A DNA stretch of 64,000 nt from Hormiphora californensis (Eukaryota > Animalia > Ctenophora): NCBI GenBank assembly GCA_020137815.1, contig CM035358.1:6820001-6884000 (forward strand). The letters run 5' to 3'. The position numbers were made by a program, and so were the translations under genes. The notes under the pieces were generated by a model. The model was not told the origin of the DNA. It saw nothing but the letters and a program-made list of their open reading frames with translations, and ran no database searches. Positions 56,155-64,000 of the stretch are shown one piece after another (position 1 is the stretch's first letter; every line of letters starts with the position of its first letter).

Positions 56155-56317
56155 TCTCGTTCTCATATATTTCTATCTGATCTCTTCAACTTATGACCGC
56201 CATCTTTTCTCTCCTGCACACTTCTTCTTACACCATACCATGCTATTTATTCTTCTCTCTGCGTCTGCTAAGTTTTCTCTCTTTCACGACACACGTCGCT
56301 TTATATATTCACAACGA

Positions 56318-56365
<48 letters not shown>

Positions 56366-57075
56366 GTTATACCACTATTATTAGTTCGCAGCAGAACAGC
56401 AGAGAACACACAGTACAGTAGAACAGAACACACAGAAGAACACACAGTGTTAGAACACAGACTCGACATGGAATGATGTGAACCTGTGTACATGCACAAT
56501 GTGTCCTAACTCTTCCTTTCACGTTTATTTTTCTTTCTTCCACTCTCTTTCACCCTCTATCTTCGATTCTCTTCCTTCCAACATGTTACACAATTTGTTT
56601 TGTTCTAACCCTCCTCCGTCGCGGGGTCGGGCAAGAACACAATGCAGACAGTAAAACTTTAATAGCCAACACACACACACACATACGCACGCACCACGGG
56701 CTGGGTAATTCTTGTTATAAACTGCCCGCCCCCTGTAACAGACAGCATCACGCTGTGTAAAGTAAATCTCGGGAAAATACCCTAGAGTGTCATGTTATCA
56801 CTGCGCTGGCAAGCGCAAAGGTGACCATCCCCTCCCCCCAGCCACGCGTGCCAGAGAGCAGTAATAAGTTTTTCCGTTTTTTGCCAAAAATGGCATTTTG
56901 CGACGCCCATAGCGAGGCCCCAACTGCACCAATCGGTCTGAAATTTGGTATACAGTGTCACATAGTCTAGATCTACTGTAGTTCAAAAGGGCAAGTCTCT
57001 ATCTCTTTTAGTTTTAGAGATACAGCATCGTCCCAAAAGCAATAAATGTCCCGGGTCTATGTATCTATCTATGTA

Positions 57076-57183
57076 TTATGCCAAAAACTAACAGAAATTA
57101 GTTGGCTGGAAAGGTGACCACTTTTGTTGTCAAACTGACACCTTTGCCCTCTCCGGGTTTTAACATCACTATCTTTCCTTCTA

Positions 57184-57259
<76 letters not shown>

Positions 57260-58333
57260 ATCTCTTTCTAACTCCCTGATTTGCCCCCTGATTTACCCCA
57301 TCGATGATATCCGTAACCCGGGCCGGGCAAAGGTGTCAGTTTGACAACAAAAGTGGTCACCTTTCCAGCCAACTAATTTCTGTTAGTTTTTGGCATAATT
57401 TGGGTATATTTTTGGTATTTTCTGATGTGAAATACGATGTTATACATGTCTGGACGTAGCAGAACGTGTAAAGACCGTCAGGAATCGCTGAAATACGAAA
57501 ATTTCAATTTTGACGTTATTGTGACGTCATAACGTTACGTCACGACGTTATAACGTCATGATAGGGATGTATTATTATCAGGCTCATCTAGATAAAGAGG
57601 CTGACCAAGTTTGAGATCGATTGGACAAGATTTAAGGTCGCTATGGCGAAAAACGCACATTCGTCATATCTATTTTCATGCAGTCTTAACACTTCAGACG
57701 CGATTTGAGACCCTTAGAAATAGAGTTTCACAAATTCGCAATTATATAGTTTCTGAAAGTTTAGACGATTATCTTTCATAAGTGTGGTCTCCGTTTTTCA
57801 ATCAGAAGCCGTCTTCAGGGTGTAAACTGAGCTCAAAGAAATTTGGTTGATTTGAAAAATGTCTTTTCTTTATGACACTTTGTTAAGACGTTCTGGTTGG
57901 ACCTAGAACATGAAAACTATTCGACTACACAATTCAAACGATTATCTTTTGAATGCAACAAACGAGAAGTGTCTATCTTATGTCGTTTTCTCTCAAAAAT
58001 GATTATAAATTTGGTAAAAACAGCGTCTATCCATAGATAGATAGATACATAGATAGATAGATAGATAGATAGACCCGGGACATTTATTGCTTTTGGCACG
58101 ATGCTGTATCTCTAAAACTAAAAGAGATAGAGACTTGCCCTTTTGAACTACAGTAGATCTAGACTATGTGACACTGTATACCAAATTTCAGACTGATCGG
58201 TGGAGTGGGGGCCTCGCTATGGGCGTCGCAAAATGCCATTTTTGGCTAAAAACTGAAAAAAGTTATTACTGCATTCTGGCACGCGCGGCTGGGGGGAGGA
58301 GATGGTCACCTTTGCGCTTGCCAGCGCAGTGAT
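57076..58333 (+). mobile_element. HINE-like element subfamily A, inner copy (plus strand)
   Basis: 5' ~72-bp inverted repeat around a CT tract (57076-57398), then the body, a (GATA)n tract, and a 3' end TGGTCACCTTT plus hairpin TGCGCT-TGCC-AGCGCA-GTGAT. Confidence 0.8.
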
Positions 58334-58607
58334 CTATCTATCTATGGATAGACGCTGTTTTACCAAATTTATAATCGTTTTTGAGAGAAAACGACATAAG
58401 ATATACACTTCTCGTTTGTTACATTCGAAAGATAATCGTTCAAATTGTGTAGACGAATGGTTTTTATTTTCTAGGTCTAACTAGAACGTCCTAAAAAACT
58501 GTCATAAAGTTAAGACATTTTTCAAATCAACCAAATTTCTTTGAGCTCAATTTACACCCTGAAGACGGCTTCTGATTGAAAAATGGAGACCACACTTATG
58601 AAAGATA

Positions 58608-58950
58608 CAATGAAATAGTGTTTATTTAGGACTGTAGACGACTCGGAGATTTATTTCAGGAAAGATAATACGGGACGGTTTCGACGTTTAACGTCATCAT
58701 CAGCTCAAATTAATTTGTTTAAAGTAGTGTTGAAAAGTTTGAAACTGAGTTTCAAACTGAGTTTCAAACTTTTCAACACTACTTTAAACAAATTAATTTG
58801 AGCTGATGATGACGTTAAACGTCGAAACCGTCCCGTATTATCTTTCCTGAAATAAATCTCCGAGTCGTCTACAGTCCTAAATAAACACTATTTCATTGTA
58901 TCAAAACTATGCGACTCAAAAACAGCCGATTGGTCAACTTATTGATTCAG
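58608..58950. mobile_element. Penelope-like inverted pseudo-LTR insertion with 3' tail
   Basis: 12-bp TSD TTATGAAAGATA at 58596-58607 and 58951-58962. ~145-bp perfect inverted arms span 58604-58902, followed by a 48-bp tail. Each arm has a hammerhead core. Confidence 0.7.
58803..58832 (+). ncRNA. Minimal type-I hammerhead ribozyme-like motif (mirror copy 58674-58703 on the minus strand)
   Basis: CUGAUGA-U-GACG(UUAAA)CGUC-GAAA-CC-GUC. Core boxes and helix II are intact; helices I and III are weak. Confidence 0.6.
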
Positions 58951-60104
58951 TTATGAAAGATAATCGTCTAAACTTTCAGAAACTAAATTGCGAATTTGTG
59001 AAACTCTATTTCCAAGGGTCTTAAATCGCGTCTGAAGTTTTAAGACTGTATGAAAATAGATATGACGATAGTGCGTTTTTCGCCATAGCGACCTCAATTC
59101 TTGTCCAATCGATCTCAAACTTGGTCAGCATCTTTATCTAAGTAAGCCTGATAATACTACTTCACTATCATGACGTTATAACGTCGTGACGTCACGCTAT
59201 GACGTCATAATGACGTCAAAATCAAAATTTTCGTGTTTTAGCGATTCCTGACGGTCTTTACACATTCTGCTACTTCAAGACGTGTTTTAAATCGTATTTC
59301 ACGTCAGAAAATACCAAAAATATACCCAATTATGCCAAAAACTAACAGAAATTAGTTGGCTGGAAAGGTGACCACTTTTGTTGTCAAACTGACACCTTTG
59401 CCCGGCCCGGGTTAAGGATATAATTCGTGGGGTAAATCAGGGAGTTTGAGGAGAGGGGAAGAGAGAGAGAGAGAGATAGAGAGAGATAGGGGGAGAAAGA
59501 GCGAGAGAGAAAGAGAGAGTGAGTGAGAGAAATCAGAGAGGGAAAGATAGTGATCTGATATAACCCGGAGACTGGAGAGGGCAAAGGTGTCAGTTTGACA
59601 ACAAAAGTGGTCACCTTTCCAGCCAACTAATTTCTGTTAGTTTTTGGCATAATATAATATATATATATTTCTGGTAGTAGCTGATGTAAATTATAATTAT
59701 ACACCACCTGTGGGGAAGCCGGAAGTGGGCATACTCGAAACAACACTACCATGACACCCTGTACCGTTCAAATTTAGTTCTTAACAATTCTCTGGGGAAC
59801 TCAAGCAATACAAACACACCACATACATGTGAACTTGACAAGCTCCAATTAGCAGCACCTGAACTTGGACTTTTTCAAACTTTTCGACCTGACATTATGG
59901 TTGGTAACACCTTATAACGAGCTCCCGGATACAGCGTTATAGGGATGATTTCGATTTGATTCAGTATTGGAATGACAAGATTTTGTGGTACCTACCAATC
60001 CAGTATCCACGCTTCTTACACTACCCTGACTCATTAGCCATTGAGTACCATTATCATAGCGCTCCACAACATCTCCTTTTAGTGTATCTCTATCTCTCTC
60101 TGTC

Positions 60105-60193
<89 letters not shown>

Positions 60194-60300
60194 CTCTCAT
60201 CTTCCAATTGTCTTCCCCATTGGCGGTAGGTAAATTTTCATTTCCTTTTTCTTCGCTCCGAGATAATAACCAAGATGCATCGTTTACTTTTAGAAAGAGA

Positions 60301-60340
<40 letters not shown>

Positions 60341-61169
60341 ATCAAGAAATTAAACAAGAATGAAGGATGTTCTATGTTGCAGACTAACTTCTTTGAACCC
60401 ATTTTTAGACACACACACTCTCATGTGCCCTAACACGCACACTCATGTGCAGAGAATGTTTGGACCTCATGAGTTAGGCACAGAGGGATCCACAGAGTCA
60501 GCATGTTCTGAAAACAACCGCTTTTCATGGTGAGATAGTGACTTTAACTAGAGAGAGAGAAAGTGAGATAGTGACTTTAACTAGGGAGAGAGGAGGTGAG
60601 AAAGTGACTCTAAATAGAGGGAGATTTAGTGTACCAGCTAGACATATGTTGATAGGATCTAGAATTTAGAACAGCCCAAGGCCGTTGTTTTTACAGTTTA
60701 GACTGCTTGAATGGGGTGTTGAGATGGGTTATATAATATCATGTCAGGAATATATGCGTGTGTGCATGTGTGGGTTGTTAGGAATGTTATTCTACACATC
60801 ATCTCCTTTATTCTGTTCTCTCTCTCCCTCTAGTTAGAGTAACAATCTCACTTTCCCTTTCTATAGGCTTTATTCTTTTCCCTCTCTCTCGCCACCTTCT
60901 CACACGCACTATTCGGTGCTGCATGTCATGTGCAATACAAACAGAGAAGGAGGATCGGTTGTATGTTTAAAATGTGCATATTATATACAACGACGGTGAA
61001 TATTATACAACTGTGTCGAGCGATCAATTGGAACTTCTATAATACAAGGTAGACGGAGCCATATTGCCAAGACACAGGGCATGACTCTAACAACTCCTGG
61101 TCCGGCGGCGCCGACCTGATCTGAGCGCACTGTTGAGAATCAAAACGCGGTTGCCGCCGCCAGACAGAA

Positions 61170-61243
61170 TCATTCTGAGAATGTGTGCCATTCTGAGAAT
61201 GTGTGCCATTCTGAGAATGTGTGCCATTCTGAGAATGTGTGCC
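61170..61243. repeat. 18-bp tandem repeat (CATTCTGAGAATGTGTGC)x4, ~40 bp upstream of a TATA-like CTATAAAGGG
   Basis: Directly visible tandem units. Confidence 0.9.
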
Positions 61244-61428
61244 AGATCTAGATTAAAATTAATATTTTGCCTACTGACTTGCTCCTATAAAGGGACAGTT
61301 CTTCATGTTGCCTTGTTGGAGGGTAAAGATCGGTTCATCAGGAGGGGACAGGTACCCTTTAAAAAGGGGCCCTTACCAACCAATATTATACGCATCTCAA
61401 TTCCTTGCTCAACTACAACTACACCGCT

Positions 61429-61895
61429 ATGAAACTGATTCTGTGCACCTTCGCTCTTCTGCTCTTCGCCCTGCCAGCCGAAGGTAAGAGCCATTTATAC
61501 TTTAGATAAAACAAAGTTTATCTGGTAGGAAATGTCAAGGCCTAACCCCAACCCAAACCCCAACCCTAACCCTAACCCTACATTAGCCCTAACCCTAAAA
61601 AACCGTTTGTCGGCACTCACGAAACACCCAGATTTTGTATCCTCTTTTAGTGAAACTTATCCGGTAAATCGAGGTTCCGCTGTAAATAAGGAATTGATGG
61701 GTACCCAATTAATTACCTCCTCTCATCTCAGGGAGTGATGGATGTTATAATGGTCGTTGCTGGAAATGGTGTGAAGGTTGGGGTCAATGGTGCTACCAAA
61801 AGGGCAACTGGGCAGGGGGATATGTTCAATGTAAAAGTGACAGCGGATGCAATGGTATTCACACCGCGTGCAACCATGCAGGTTGTGGTTGGTAA
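61429..61895 (+). CDS. Secreted cysteine-rich peptide, 72 aa. Exons 61429-61483 and 61732-61895.
   Basis: MKLILCTFALLLFALPAEG|SDGCYNGRCWKWCEGWGQWCYQKGNWAGGYVQCKSDSGCNGIHTACNHAGCGW*. Signal-peptide exon, phase-1 intron GTAAGA...TCTCAG, and 8 Cys in the mature part. Confidence 0.85.
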
Positions 61896-62199
61896 ATGAG
61901 GGGTTATTTCGTAACCAATTGGTTGTGGGATATTTGAGACGGAATCAATTAATTGATCTGTGGATAAGTAATTGGTCTGTAATTGGTCTATTGGAACTTT
62001 TTTCATTGGATTGTACAGGCTAAGACGCCTAGTGTGATTTAGAAATATTTTTTTGTTAAAATTGTGAGAATTGGATAGAATTTTTTATAGCAAATATGTA
62101 ATTAGTTTTACTGATTCTTCTTGATTTATTCATTTCACACAGACATTTAGCATTGATCCACCGTGTCACCTATCACATTCACCTGACTAGCGCACCCAC

Positions 62200-63990
62200 C
62201 GGGTGCGCCTCAATGTAAGAGGTTTTGACAACCCCCCCGGGGGGGGCACCTTGGTCCCCAATTTTGGGAAGAAAAACCCAAAATGGTCACCCAATCCCTT
62301 AAGGGCCCGGGCCCCGGGGTTGGGCCTCTTTTTTTCCCCCCCAAAACCCCAAATTTTTTGGGGCCAGGCCTGTTTGGGAAAATTTGCTCCCCTTTTTCCC
62401 CACTAAACTGCCTTGTTTTATAAAAAGGAACTCCCGGGTTGGGAAGGGGGTTACCCCCGGGGGTTGAAAACCCAAAAAAAACCTAGGAAAAATTTGGGAC
62501 AAATGCCAAGGCGGTAACGGAACGCCCCCCGGGGGTAAAAGAGGATTTTTGGGCCATGGAATTCCCCCCACTTAAACTTTTGTTTTTTTGGGGCCCAAAC
62601 CCTTTAAAAAAAGGACAATTGTCCCCCAAAATCCCCAAAAACTCGGGCCAAAAAGGTTTTTTATACCTAAAAGGGAACCCGGGGGCCAGGTTGGAAGGGG
62701 GTTTTACCCAATTGGGAACGGGAAACCAAGAAAAACCCAATTGGTCAATAGAACTACCTTAACCCCCCAAAAAAGGGACTTCAATTTTTTCCCTCCCCAA
62801 AAGGAAAATTTTTAAAAGAGATTTTAATTTTGGGACCATCCGGGATTTTAAAAAATTCCAATCCCCCTCAGGTTGAGGGAAATTGGAAACAAACCAAAAT
62901 TCCGGCTGGGAGGACCTTTTTCCTTTAATCACTTTCCAAGTGGGGAAAAGCCCCCAGGGGAAAAACCGTTGGAGGGGGGGGGTTTCCCAAAAACGGGAAG
63001 ACTCGGGCTTTTTTGGGGGGTTACGGACCGGGGCCCCTTTAAATTTTCTACCAAATTGGCCGGGGCCCCGCCCCCTGAAAAAAATTTTTTTCCCCGAAAC
63101 GGTTGGGGGAAGTGGGAAGGGAAAATTTGATAAAATTGGGGCCTAAACAAAAATTTTTGGTTCCGGGGCCAAACCCCTTGGGGGGGAGAAACGGCCAAAT
63201 TTGGGCCCCGGGGGGGCCCCCTTCGGGTTACTGTTTCGCCCCCATAAATGGAAAAACGGTGGGGAGACGTTTGAGGAGGCCCGGAGGAAATTAGATTTTA
63301 GGTTCCAAACCCGGGAAGCCGGGACTTTTCAAAAGGAGGGGGTTAACGGCTAAAAAAAAGCTTTGGATTTACATTGGGGCGAATAAAGAACAAAAAATAA
63401 AGGAGGGTGGGATAACTGGGAAAACCCGGTTTTGGGGTTAAAAAGGGACGGGGCCAGGACGGGCCCCCGGAAGAGGGAAATTCCCCGGTTCGCCCCAAGG
63501 AACAATTTTCCTTAAAAGAAGGGAAAAACGCGGAAAGACCCCGGGTGGGGTTCGGTAAAAAATTTCCCTGTCCTTTAAACACCCAAAAGGAAAAGGAAAA
63601 AAACCCCGGGAAAAGGGAAGGGGGCGAAAGGGGGAAAAAAAACAAAAAGAAAAAAGGCCCCCGGGAAATAAAGAAAAAGGGGGATAAAGGGACATTTGTT
63701 GCAAAATTTTCCCCGGGGAAAAAACAAGGGAAAGCCTTCCCAACTTCAAAGGGGGAACCCTTCCCCCAAAAAGAAAAATTTTTCCGGAAAAAGGAAAAGG
63801 GGCCAACCCAAAACCAACCCCCCAAAACCCTTTTTTGCCAAAAATCCCTTCCCCCAGAAAACAAAAATGTAAACCCCCCCCCCATCCAAATCCCAAATAA
63901 AAAACCCCTTTTTAAATTTAAACTGGGGAAAAAATTTCCCAACCTTAAATTAAAAAAACCCCCAAAGAAAAATGGGAAACCCAAAATGGG
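62200..63990. other. Low-quality, homopolymer-inflated sequence
   Basis: Pervasive homopolymer expansion. Confidence 0.85.
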
Positions 63991-64000
63991 TTAGTAGCAG

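Larger units (their letters stand above)
56797..59652 (-). mobile_element. HINE-like element subfamily A, outer copy (minus strand), interrupted by two insertions
   Basis: 56797-57075 and 58334-59652 together are the reverse complement of the inner copy 57076-58333. Confidence 0.8.

Noticed and set aside
61541-61597. Telomere-like (CCCTAA)n
   Set aside because: A short, degenerate intronic tract, not a chromosome end.
62203-63994. Multiple ORFs at the window end
   Set aside because: Homopolymer-inflated low-quality sequence; any underlying gene cannot be read.

Overview
Eukaryotic (animal) genomic DNA, very rich in (CT/GA)n microsatellites, minisatellites and small fold-back DNA elements. 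The repeat families resemble ones I recall from ctenophore (Pleurobrachia-type) genomes, but this taxon guess is unverified. Well-supported genes, all on the + strand: an intronless DNase I-family nuclease with a hydrophobic C-tail (7238-8242); an intronless INTS14/VWA9 starting 194 bp after its stop (8437-9774); and a five-exon mitochondrial calcium uniporter MCU (50662-52237). I reconstructed three more by hand from splice sites and reading phase: a multi-exon gene with two FYRC-like motifs (11985-35865), a partial zinc-ribbon gene (41248-44579), and a two-exon, 72-aa secreted 8-Cys Trp/Gly-rich peptide (61429-61895) that the ORF track misses. Mobile DNA includes three copies of a Helentron/HINE-like element (one nested in another), a Penelope-like inverted insertion carrying hammerhead-ribozyme core motifs, two TTAA-flanked 1.4-kb fold-back elements, five copies of a 109-bp hAT-like MITE, other MITEs, a decayed R4/Dong-like LINE and a probable piggyBac-like right end. 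About 15.6-26.9 kb and 62.2-64 kb are low-quality, homopolymer-corrupted sequence, the first with a probable read fold-back and an adjacent 100-N gap. ORFs in those regions are not real.
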